A stretch of DNA of 64,000 nt from Podarcis pityusensis (taxonomy: Eukaryota), in the NCBI GenBank assembly GCA_964106645.2, contig OZ067043.1; one strand, written 5' to 3'. A model generated the notes under the pieces. That model was not told the origin of the DNA, did not search any database, and worked only from the letters and a program-made list of their open reading frames with translations. Position numbers and translations under genes: made by a program. This document shows positions 38,535-50,331 of this stretch, piece after piece (the stretch's first letter is position 1; the number at the start of each line of letters is the position of its first letter).

Positions 38535-38965
38535 CAGGGGCATAGGAAGTGGGGTGCGGGGGGTCCGCTTCGCCCTGGGTGCCACCCTGACGGGGGGGGT
38601 GACAAAATGGCAGGTGGCACTCGTCACCGCAGGGCCTGCACCACGCACAAGCCACGCGTCTCGGCACCTGCAGGCTCCACACTGTTTGCCCACTGCCTCC
38701 CCCCCCCCAGCTGTAGGGCAGCTGAGATCCCACTGCACGCCCCGTCCCTATGGGTGCCGTGCGCAGCATCTCATCCCTATGGGCGCTGTGCACCCCGTGG
38801 CACCCATAGGGACAACACGTGATGACACGGCACAGAGCGTGCGGCACCCTGTTCTGTCCCTATGGGCGCCCTACCCTTATGGGCACCATGCCCCACCCCT
38901 ATGGGCAGTTCGCCCCGCCCCTGGGCACTCCACCCCAGGTGCCCAAAAGGCCTTCTCCACCACTG
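38535..38965. mobile_element. GC-rich hAT-type MITE
   Basis: Perfect 8-bp TSD GTTGAATA at 38527-38534 and 38966-38973; termini CAGGGG... / ...CCACTG; CpG-rich interior. Confidence 0.8.
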
Positions 38966-41900
38966 GTTGAATACAGTCCTTCATTTCTTGATAATGACTT
39001 TCTATGAAATCAGTTCGCAGTTCGGCAGCATATATACTAAAATCAGTTTGCAAAACAGTGACGGAAAGTTGCTTATATATACCTCTGCATGTTTGCACTT
39101 GCGTAAGTAAACCTCTGAATCAACTTTTAAAATAATTTATAGTAAATAATACTTACTGACTATCACTAAAGTTCTTAGAGTCTTCCTGCTTTCTAAAAGC
39201 ATGTTATTTTCGCCAGTAAAGCTCATGAGATAGCAGTCAGTCTAATGCCCAAGATTCCTCAGCAAATCAGTAGAAACGGTGAATTTTGGGGGTGAGTAGC
39301 TTCAGGGCTCCCACAGGCAATCCTACAGCTAGTGTAAAACAATGTATGAAATCTACCATGAATTTTGTTTTCTTCGCAGTAAGTCTGGTGGAAGAGCTAT
39401 ATATCTGTGCAATGGCTGATAGGGACCTGGGTCTTAGCATTATCACTACTTCACAATTTTATAGGCAGAAATAAATACTTTTCAGTAGGACATACATGTT
39501 GCTATAAATATTATTTTCCTTTAATGTAAGATAAAAAATAAGAATTTAAGCAATCCAGAGTATAGAGTTAAGGTAACAATAATATAAAGTAAATTGATCA
39601 TTTAAAAGAATAGTACAGCCATATAATTATTAATCACACTTCATCCTAGGAACTAAAATTTATTTTAAAAAGACATAAGACATCTATATTGTGTTACACT
39701 TGTGATAAGCTATTGAGATAGCATGGAATTTTCATAAACATTCTAAATGAACAAAACACAAAGCTGTCAGTATTTTTTTGCAGTCTCACTTCTTTGATGA
39801 AAGGAACACAAACATTCCTTAACAATATAAAGTAGTTTTGCAGAGCAGTTGAGGACTAGAAAAAGAGGCCAGATGGTTGGAAAAAAGAGAAGCAGTGTGT
39901 CTGGAACAGGGACATCCAACTCCCAAGAGACTGCGATCTACTCACAAAATAAAAAACTGGCAGTGATCTATCCCTTGGGGGGGGGGGACTCAGGTCACAG
40001 GTCAAAAATGGAGGATGGGGCGAGGGACTTACCAGCTACCAGAAGTACCATTGCATTTGCCCAGGAGGACCACATCTCCCAACTACACAACATGTTCCTT
40101 CATGCCTCTACTTCTCTACTAAAAATGGCCAGTAAGTCTTTAACAGGAAGGGGTTTGGGGGAGAATCATTGGCTTGGCTTGAAATATAACCAGAACTATT
40201 CTCAAGTTTTTGAAAATAACCAACTTTCCAGACAAGCCAATGTGACTATTGCTATTCAGGCAAATACATGCAAATTAGTCACATTGTTATTTATGGATAT
40301 AGGTTATTGCTTTGAATGGTCAAGATAGCACTGACTAAAGATATTTAAATATACTGTGAGGTCATCTTAATGCAAAACAAAATAGTGAAAAATTATTTTT
40401 AACCATTTTTTCACATGATCAGATCTTCAAATATACAGCTAAATTACGCAGAAAATGCTGCCATGTCTTAACTATGGCCTATGGTTGTTTCAATTATTAG
40501 TAACGGTATAAGGCAATAAAGATAGCTGCATAATTATCTATTATTTTTTAGGTGCTGAAATTTACTGGATGTGATTCAGGAATAAAAATCAAGCATTGCC
40601 CTGAATACAGGCTTGTATTCTAAATATATTGGTGCTGGTGATGGCAAATATATAAGAGTGTTAAAGAAAAACAGCTGTGAAACAGAAAATCAATAATGTG
40701 TTTTCTGTCAAAAATACTAACATACAAATTCCCAATAACTCCTGGGGTCATTGGGGACTTTAAATTGGCTGAATGAATAAAAACAAAATCAAATTAGACT
40801 TAAAAGACAACCCAACATCTTTGACCTATGTGAAGGGGAAATTAAATGGATAATTGCTTTTATTTTGTTGAAATCCTCAAAGTTAAGTAATGAATCCCCT
40901 TTGGTACTGATCAGACAAAAAAAATAACCCGTTAGAGGTTTGCAGCAAGATCCCAATCTTTTCCTATTTAAGCTTGCTACAAAGTAAAGAAGAAAATGCT
41001 TTGCCACACTCGGACAAAACTTGGAGTAAAAGTGTGTTTGCAGCAATTCTATAGTCTTCTAAACTAACAGTTACTCACTGAGGAAACTTTAATCTTTGAG
41101 GATATTACCTCAGCATTTCATTACGTGCACAGAGTGAAGAGAAACATTTATCTGCTTGAGAACCTCTGGGGGCTACACCCTTTACAGGTAAAGAGGGAAG
41201 ATCTGGCATTTAAAATTAGAAGAATATAGTCGATGGCATATGGTCAAGTATTTTAAGTGTGTTTATGTGCTTGAAAAACAAGATACTATCTTTCAGAGCA
41301 GTCTGCCTGAAAACTAAGCCTTTATTTATTTATTTTTGCTGCTGCTACAGTGAAAACTGTTCACAGCAGTAATTTATATACTATTACACACTTCTAAAAG
41401 AACATTCATGCTCTAAGGACCCTAGTTTTAATAGACGAAATATAATAAAATGAATAAGTAAATAAACACGACAAACAGCCCAGATAGGATGCAACAAGAG
41501 GCAATATTAAGGCAAAGCATAAACAAGTTTCTGTTTCTTGCTAGTACTGATATTGAAACAAATATGACAAAAACTACTGTAGAAATTTACTCATTCATTT
41601 ATAACACAAGAGCTCTTTGTGAAACTTTGTAACCCAGCTAGCATAACCCACATTGCTATAAAGAATACCAACACTGCAATCTGAAAGGTAATTGAGGTAT
41701 TGTAATCATGATAGCACAGTCTTCTGGAGTAGTCCTAAAAAAGCAGCCTCAGATTATTGTTATGAAAGTGGTACTTGCCAAAGGGAAGACAATGCAACTT
41801 CTAGAAGCAGGATAAACTGCTGAAAGAAGCATTAACAGCTAAAAACAGAAAGCTCTGTTGGGATAACTGACAACAGGCAGATATGCCAATGTATCCCCTG

Positions 41901-42229
41901 TGTAAATTAAGCTGTATCGTAAGTGATCCTGGCTGGCAGGTATGGGCGGGGGGGGGGGAACAAGGGGGGGATATGAGAATGTAGGAAATTGATTGATTGA
42001 TTGTACCACCCCTCATATCAATATCACAAGGTGGTTCACAACATAAAAATACAAAATGAGAACACAAAACACATAACCAAAAAGACCTCACAAACAAACC
42101 AATAACCCCACTCCCACAAACACATTTTAAAAGTCAAAGATTGTTTAATCAGCCAAAGACCTAGTTATAGAGAAACATTTTATGAAATAATGCATGGTAG
42201 TATAATACTAGAACCACCTAAATAAACAG

Positions 42230-42610
42230 AATGTTGGAAGATTCAAGACAAACAAAAGAAAGTACTTCCTCACACAGTGCATAGCTAAACTTTGGAATTT
42301 GCTTACACAAGATTTGATGGCCACCAACTTGTATTGCTTTAAAACAGCATTAGACTAATTCATGCCAGATAGGTCTATAAATGGCTAGTAGCCATTAGGC
42401 TTTGTTCTACCTCCACTGTTAAAGGTACAATGCCTCTGTATACCAGTTGTGGGAAATCACAAATGCAGTGAGTGCTCTTCCACTCAGACTTCTGGCTGGC
42501 CACTGAGAATAAGATACTAAATGATATTTGGTCTGACTTCACTTCATCAAATCTGGCCCTCTTTGGAAAAAATTTGGACACTACTGGTCTGATCCGACAA
42601 GGCTGTTCTT
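42230..42610 (+). mobile_element. CR1 LINE 3' fragment
   Basis: GRFKTNKRKYFLTQCIAKLWNLL (CR1 RT C-terminus) followed by a CR1-type 3' UTR. Confidence 0.75.
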
Positions 42611-42728
42611 AAGTAAGATACTTACTTTTAATATGTACATAAAATTATTGCCATAAGATTGGGTGGAGGGCCCATTCCACACACAGTGTATTGGGCCCAT
42701 AAAATCCTGTTGGCACCCCATAGCTCAG

Positions 42729-43050
42729 CAGGGGTAGGCAACCTAAGGCCCGTGGGCCGGATGCGGCCCAATTGCCTTCTCAATCCGGCCCACGGATAGT
42801 CCTGGAATCAGTGTGGTTTTTACATGAGTAGAATGTGTCCTTTTATTTAAAATGCATCTCTGGGTTATTTGTGGGGCCTGCCTGCTGTTTTTACATGAGT
42901 AGAATGTGTTCTTTTATTTAAAATGCATCTCTGGATTATTTGTGGGGAATAGGAATTCATTTATTATTATTTTTCAAATATAGTCTGGCCCTCCACATGT
43001 TCTGAGGGGCGGTGGACCAGCCCACGGCTGGAAAAGGTTGCTGACCCCTG
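42729..43050. mobile_element. hAT/Charlie-type MITE with an internal ~70-bp tandem duplication
   Basis: TIRs CAGGGGTAGGCAACCT / AGGTTGCTGACCCCTG. TTTTACATGAGTAGAATGTGT...AATGCATCTCTGG.TTATTTGTGGGG occurs twice. GCTCAG lies on both flanks. Confidence 0.85.
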
Positions 43051-44593
43051 GCTCAGAGTAAGCCCTGATATCAAGAGCTAATGCTTTTCTCCCTGAAAGT
43101 CAGCCTAATTTGTATCTCTATGTTTACTTTGGCATATGCAAATTTTATGCAAATTTGTGGGCCTATATTCTGAGTCTTTAGAATACCTAACAGCATCCCT
43201 GGTTAATAGTAGGCCCAACTGTGTTTAATAGGACTTATTCCCATTTAAGTGAGCACAGGACTGCAGTCTTAACGGTAGCCTGTGATCACTGCTCTTCTGA
43301 CATAATCTGGATGTTTGTTCCTCAGAGAACTGATACATTGAACTGGGGTAATTTATATTCTTGTGTTTTGCAAATTAATTATCAGCTGTTAAGAGCATCA
43401 CATGAGTGCAGCTCCATGAAGGAAATGGTACTGGAACTGAATGTACACTAGGACAAGGCTCTAAATATTACCTTTTTCATACCTTTAGTATGAGTTTACT
43501 TGGCTAAAACAAAAAGCATATATCTAGTAAAACCTAACTACTGAACATCTCCGACACATCTCCAGTATATTTCATTGTATATTTGGATATAAACCTTACA
43601 GATCTTACAAAAATCAATTAGGAAAGGCCAAACAGAATATATATTAGGTACCTTTTTATATCTACTTATACCCAGGAATGATTATTTTTATTATAGAAAA
43701 CTAAAGACTGAACTAATCACAAAATATTTTAAAGTATTTCCTCTATTTATGTCAAAACTGTTCCATATCCCATATGCTATATCTATAGACCAACAACAAG
43801 AACAAAAAAAAACATGTCAAGTGCAACATCATCACTAAGTAGTAGCCAGCTCTTATTTTAAGTGTTCTTAAATGGTAGCTAATTTAAGTGTATTGTATTT
43901 GACTGATAATGGAGCCACAGATATTGCTTGTCTCTGAAAGTATCTATTGATATGTAAAGCAAAGACATTAGCCATGTAATTAGCCTACAGCATAACGATC
44001 ATCCTTCACTCAATCATTTCAGTTCCAACTGCCCAAACAATGGTAACATTTCACAATGTTTTCACTTGAAATAACTGGTGCTGTAATCATAGTGTGAGTT
44101 TCTTATAAAAAGCTCCCACAGATAGTGTACATCATGCTGGGAAAATGAGTTTAAGTAGAAGAAACCGATTAAAACTCTAGCAATCTCCCAAGGATAATTT
44201 GTTAAAGAAGCTTTGTTACTTTGCCTTTTCTATAAAAAATATCTCCTTTATTAAAATCTCCAATACCATAGAAGTATTTAGGGTGCTATAAGACTAATTA
44301 ATATTCATCTATTTATAGTCTGCACAATTTATATTAAGAAATTAAAGCTACAATATTCTTCTGCAGAAGTCTCAAGAAAATAATAATCTCCCAACAGTTT
44401 ACAGTTTCATTAGTTATTAGGCTTTTAAGAAAAAGGGAGTGCTCTCCAAAGAGGAAGCTTTTAAAACAAAACATTTTATCACATTTTCAAGGCATAATTT
44501 TCAAGGCACATTTTCATAAGAACATAAAAAAGCCACGCTGTGCCAGGCCAAAGGCCCACCTAGTCCAACAATCTGCTTTCCCAGTGGCCAATC

Positions 44594-45241
44594 CTCCTCC
44601 TCCTCCTTTGGCGATCACTCATTGCCAAGTAAGATCGTCTTCCATGAACACAGTCTTAACAGTGAGTCCATAAGTGACTGTGGAGGCCAGTTCTGTGGAT
44701 CCACACATTCTTCCACAGTGGGGACATAGGTTTCCAGGCAGGAGTTAATCATAGTGAGGGTTTGCCAAACTTGCCTTCCTCTTAGCACGCTTCTCCCTTT
44801 CATCCTGAGTCTGAGTGTCTTCAAAGTCCATGACACCTTTGGTAAATGTTCTCCAACTGGAGCACTCACAGGCCAGTGTTTCCCAATTGTCGGTGTTTAT
44901 ACTACTTTTTTTTAGATTTGTCTTGAGAGTCTTTAAACCTCTTTTGTTGACCACCAGCATTACGCTTTCCATTTTTAAGTTTGGAATAGAGTAGTTGCTT
45001 TGGAAGACGATAATCAGGCACCCGAACAACATGACCAGTCCAATAAAGCTGATGTTGAAGAATCATTGCTTCGACACTGGCGATCTTTGCTTCTTCCAGT
45101 ACACTGGCATTTGTTCACATGTCTTCCCAAAAGATACATAAAATTGTTTGGAGACACCATTGATGTAATCTTTCAAGGAGTTGGAGATGGTGTTTGTAAG
45201 GGGTCCATGTTTCACAAGTGTACAGTAAGGTGGTAGTACTT
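44594..45241 (-). mobile_element. 5'-truncated RTE-clade LINE inserted into a reversed CR1 3' end (~44515-45405)
   Basis: TSD GCCAATC at 44587-44593 and 45242-45248; (AGG)n tail. The minus strand encodes LLYTCETWT, TNASVLEEAK and WTGHVVRVPDYRLPKQLLYS. Confidence 0.85.
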
Positions 45242-45606
45242 GCCAATCAGACGCCTATAGGAAGCACACAAGCAGAAGCTAAGTGCAACTGCACTCTCCC
45301 CACTTATGATCCCCAGCAACTGTTATTCAGAAATATACTGCCCCGATGATAGAGCCAGAACACAGTCATTATGACAAATAGCCAATGGAAGCCTTACCCT
45401 CCATATGTGATTCATAGAAGCACATATTAATTCACATTAGAAGTCATAGTATATGGTGAAAATAGGATGGCTATATGGTGGAAGTAGGCTAATTGGGAAC
45501 ATACTGGGGAGGTACACACTACAAAGCTATATACATAAATGAGGGTCAAAGTAAATTTAAACTTGGGAAACTATCTTAACTGAACCTGCAGCCTTAAACA
45601 CACCTA

Positions 45607-45979
45607 CCATATTTTTCGCCCTATAGGACGCACTTTTTCCCCTCCAAAAATGAAGGGGAAATGTGTGTGCGTCCTATGGGGCGAATGCAGGCTTTCGCTG
45701 AAGCCTGGAGAGGGAGAGGGGTCGGTGCGCACTGACCCCTCTCGCTCTCCAGGCTTCAGGAAGCTATCCGCAAGCCTTGCGAGCCTGGCGGGAGTTGCCG
45801 CTGGGCTCGCAAGGCTTGCGGATAGCAGCCTGTTCTGGGGGCTGGGGTCGGGGGAAGCTCGGGCTTCCCCCGCCACAGCTCCATGGCTGGGGGGAGAATA
45901 TTTTTTTTTTATTCATTTCCCCCCCAAAAAACGAGGTGCGTCCTATGGGCCAGGGCGCCCTAAAGGGCGAAAAATACGG
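45607..45979. mobile_element. Tc1/mariner-superfamily (pogo-like) MITE with two internal hairpins
   Basis: TA|CCATATTTTTCGCCCTATAGG on the left and CCTAAAGGGCGAAAAATACGG on the right; subterminal GTGCGTCCTATGGG occurs twice. Confidence 0.8.
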
Positions 45980-46817
45980 AAATTGGAAATGATCTCCACG
46001 GAACTAAATAGTATTTGCTTTTGAATAAACATGCATATGATTGCACAGTAAGTGTCCAGTTTTTAGGACTGCATAGATGATGGTGATGATGATTTGTACC
46101 CTGCCCATCTGACTGGGTTGCCCCAGGCACTCTGGGGCAGGTATGTAAGACAACCATCCTTTTTGGATAGTTTTTGTATCATATTTCCACGTGTGGCTGA
46201 AAGAGTTAATGTTGGGTGTGCAGGAACTGCTATAGTATGGTATTTATAAACTTCACTAGGAAGTTCAAAAGCATTCTACTTCTTATGCTCATAGTTCTTG
46301 TGGAGCTGTACGAACTCATTTCTCATCATAGGTTTGTCTGCCAGCCTAGAGTCTGTAACACCAGATGTCCCTTCTACGTGCCAGAATTTCCCATTTGTTC
46401 ATGTGAAAGTCTCCTAAATCAAGTTTACAAATGTCCTTATAGTAAAACTTTGAATGACCCCTGGAACACATAGATCTGGCCATCTCATCATACTACTTTT
46501 CCTTTACTTTGTGTCCATCTTGCATGCAATGCACATGTCAAGTCAGCACAGTTCTCAATGTCTGAGAAAAGACAGAATTTATTATCTCCTCATCATGCCA
46601 AAAGACTGATTCAGTAATTCTTTCCATTGATGCTCAATCTTATAACTAATGGTGATGCTTTGGGAGTAAGGTGACCAGAAAGACAGAATCCAGAGTTCTT
46701 TCACTCGTCACTTAGTTGACCAATGTTTCAACTATGTCTATATCTGGAGGCAGTGGCGTAGGGAGCCCTGGTTGCCACCAGGGCAGGTGTGCACTGCTCC
46801 ATGGAGGCGGGGCATGC

Positions 46818-49660
46818 TGAAACAGGGTGTGGTGGATGAACCTTGATCTGAAAATTAAAGCATTCAAGAACTCGAACCAAACCACATTGTATAAATTCAT
46901 ACACAGACTTTACTAAAGCAAAACTCTACAAGAGAGAAAAATTCCCAATAATTACACAGATTAAAATGGCTCAGAAGGTAAGAAAACAACAAACACTAAA
47001 TTATCCCGCTTATACTTATATCTCAGTAGGCTGAGCAATGGAACAAAATGTTGTCAAAAGCCCAAATAGACATTTCAGTTGGCTGGCTGCTGAGAGCTCC
47101 CACCAACCCAGGTTTTATGGGAATATAGACAATGGGCATGAACCTCTTCCACCTAAATTACATTGTGACACCGGCTTTGAAGCCTTAAGGGGACACAGCT
47201 GCATGTAAGCTCATTATTTCTGAGGTTCTAGCCCAGGCATAGGCAACCTTGGCTCTCCAGGTGTTTCGGGACTACAATTCCCATCATCCCTGACCACTGG
47301 TCCTGTTAGCTAGGGATCATGGGAGTTGTAGTCCCAAAACATCTGGAGGGCCAAGGTTGCCTATGCCTGTTCTAACCTATTCCCATAAACCAGTCTTAAA
47401 GGGGTGATATCACCACAAGCCCCTCCCCCCCTTTTTAAAGGCTATAATTAGTGGCAATAGACACGATTATAGCTTTATACAGGATCAAAACTGCCAATTC
47501 TTTTAAAGAGAAAGACATCCATTCTAATGGAAGGATAATTACCAATATAATGTGGAATCAAATTGGATTTATCTGGCACAGTGGCAAATAATGACTAAAA
47601 CATCGTAACTCCCTTCCAAATTCCCCTTGTTGTTAAACAATCAGCTATCAGACATTTAAATTTCACCAATATCATCCCCACCATTCACCAGTAGAACCAA
47701 TCCAGAAAGTTCTTCTTTATGTCCAATTTGGATTGAAATAGGGAATATCACATCAGCCCTTTCTCTACATGTCATCGGACTGAGACCCTCTTGCTCTGCA
47801 ACTTTAAACAATTCAGAAGTTACAATCTGACTACAGGTAACTCTTGTTTGTGGCTGAGTATCTGCTCCCTTTTAAGTTATTGCCGAATTCCCCGAGACGC
47901 TTTGACTCGTGAACACGTTCGAATTGGCATCACTTTACTAACTTTTAACAAATCTGCCCCATGACAAAATCATATCCATACTTCTGATGAACCAAGAGTA
48001 CGAGATCACCCTCCCCATTTCTAAATTTCACATGCACTTTACCAAGAGCCACCCATTTAAGTTGGCCTTTGTAGGGCTTGACTTTAATAAAGCCGGCTGG
48101 TTCCCACTTTAAACCCTCAAGCACTTTGCAATTAACCGAGCTGATAGCCCCAGAGTCCATAGAACCCCTAATGATCACACTTCTGTCCAAAATAACAGAT
48201 TCAGTTCTTAATTTATCAAGCCAGGCCTGCTGCTCAGGAGGAATAAGTTGTGAAACATCCACACAATCCATTTGATTCATTACTACAGCTGAAGCAGTTC
48301 TAACAACTCCCCCATCTGCATCAGGCTAGGCCACTTCGGTACCAGATGCATAGTTTACCCTTGTTCTTGCTGCCGTTGTGGCCCAATCAGATTGCTGTAT
48401 ATGGGACTGTTCAGTGATTTTTCTCATCACCATATTATTAGGCTCTTCTCTTCAATAGTCATCTTCCTAGCTTTCAAAGCAGGACTCTGAGCTCTACCAC
48501 CTCCATTGTGAGTTACACTCTTGGCCTTATTAATTGTCTCTGATGTAATTTAAGGCAGTCTCTCTTTATATGATTGATCTGACATCAATAAAAACACACC
48601 GGACCTGAAGAAGAACCGGCTGAAAACCTTTCTTCCCCCCAAGAAGAGTTTCCAACTCTGCCCCTGGACCAGGTCTCATCTAAGCAGTTTTTTGGCTTAG
48701 TTCCCAGATTGTCCTTTTGAGGAATATAACTTTCACTTGTGGATTTACTAAAACAAGACTTGTATTGCCTGCTCCTTTTGGCCATAATCTGCTCAGTAAA
48801 AATGGCCAATTCCTCTAAATCCTGGGGGTTTCAAGCCTGGAATAAATCACCCACCTCCTCTGGGAGTGATTGACAGAATTGTTCTAACTATCAAATCATG
48901 AAATTCAGCTAGGGTTGTTACACCAGCTGTATGAGTCCATAGATTCACAGTCTTTCTAATCCTTGCCTTATAGACAGTAATAGGCTCTTTTAGCTTAGGG
49001 AATGCTCTTCAAAGTTTGAACTTAAGTTGGTCTTTGACTAAAGCAAATTGATGTAACGCCAACTGCTTAAACTTGTGATAGTTCTGTGCATCCTCTTCGG
49101 GTAACTCACCCAGAACTTCTGCAAGCTCTCCTGACATATGCAAGCGAAGGATCTGGTTGTACTCCCTTTCAGGCACATTGTATCTTCAGGCACAAGTCAC
49201 TTCAAAGCGATTCAAATATGTGCAAACATCTTCTCCAGCACGAAATGCAGGGATTTTTCCCTCCCCAGTCCTCTCCAGATTTACAGTCGGACTGAGTTGA
49301 TTGTCCTTAATTAACTGATGGGCTGATATGAAAGTTTTTAGCCACTGCCTCCAATCCACTTCATCTCTATGCCCTCTACTTTGGCTGCGTCCCCGGCACC
49401 TCCCACTAAACAGTCCTCTCTTTCTGCCTCTGAGTCACCGTCCAGATGTGCACGGCTTCCTCTCTTGCCATTACCCAGGCAGAGTCTACCCTCTTCTATT
49501 CCAGCATTCCTGGAGGAGACTCTTCATTCACCATTACAATGTTTATTTCTGGGTCAACAATACTAATGTCCACTTCAGCCTCCTCATACTCCATATTATT
49601 TAATCTAACTTGCTCCAGTCTTCTCTACAAACGTTGTAACTAACCAACTAGCTAGCCAAA
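46818..49660 (-). mobile_element. Gypsy (Gmr1/SCAN-type) LTR retrotransposon remnant: gag-protease and 3' LTR; RT, IN and 5' LTR missing
   Basis: SCAN-like LEQFCQSLPEEV...PQDLEELA (~48890-48805); degenerate CCHC knuckle GPVCFY*CQINHIKRDC (~48605-48555); protease MDSGA (47945-48280). PPT AAAAAGGGGGGGAGGGG lies next to a TG...CA LTR at 46818-47417. Confidence 0.75.
47234..47369. mobile_element. 136-bp palindromic hAT MITE nested in the LTR
   Basis: TIRs CAGGCATAGGCAACCTTGGC / GCCAAGGTTGCCTATGCCTG; TSD TTCTAGCC / TTCTAACC. Confidence 0.9.
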
Positions 49661-50071
49661 ATAACAAACATGCTTCTGAGCACTGCAAATTTTGCATTTT
49701 GGCGTGCTGCAAGACCAGCCCCAGGCCATGCTGCTTTGGGGAACAGCGTGCTGGGCTCTGGGGTGCAAGCCCCCCCCCCCCCAGCTACGCTACTGTCTGG
49801 AGGCTAAAGAGGCACTGAAGTCTCTGGTGACAGCCCTCAGATTCTGAATGGGCCATCACAACCCAAATCCTATGGCAGCACCTACAGTTTAAGTCATCCA
49901 TTTCTATCAAGGAAAGGACTACCTTATCCCAGTTGCAGCCTTATAAAACATGGGGATGGAGGTACACAGGAATATTGTGTTGCAGACCCACCCTTATGAA
50001 TATTGCTGAAAAGGCTTAGGCATGCACACTTCCCCCCTGCAGATGTTTTATACTGTGGACCGATATATAAA

Positions 50072-50331
50072 AAAAGGTAAAGGACCCCTGACAGTTAAAT
50101 CCAGTTGTGAACGATTCTGGGGTTGCGGTGCTCATCTCGCTTTACTGGCCGAGGGAGTCGAAGTTTGTCTGCAGGCAGTTTTTCCGGGTCATGCGGCCAG
50201 CATGACTAAGCCGCTTCTGGCAAAACCAGACCAGTGCACCGAAACGTGATTTACATTCCCGCCGGAGCAGTACCTATTTATCTACTTGCACTTTGACGTG
50301 CTTTCGAACTGCTAGGTTGGCAGGAGCTGGG
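50072..50331 (-). mobile_element. Sauria SINE, 5'-truncated
   Basis: AAAGGTAAAGGACCCCTG tail and core homologous to the other two copies; the tRNA head is missing. Confidence 0.88.

Larger units (their letters stand above)
46751..49795. mobile_element. hAT-type element enclosing an LTR-retrotransposon remnant
   Basis: TIRs CAGTGGCGTAG / CTACGCTACTG; perfect 8-bp TSD TCTGGAGG at 46743-46750 and 49796-49803. Confidence 0.85.

Noticed and set aside
38745-38910. CCCTATGGG repeats as a CRISPR-like array
   Set aside because: The repeats are only 9 bp, irregularly spaced, in mixed orientation, and inside a eukaryotic MITE.
38514-39110. Many overlapping ORFs or a gene-associated CpG island
   Set aside because: Explained by a GC-rich MITE with an 8-bp TSD.
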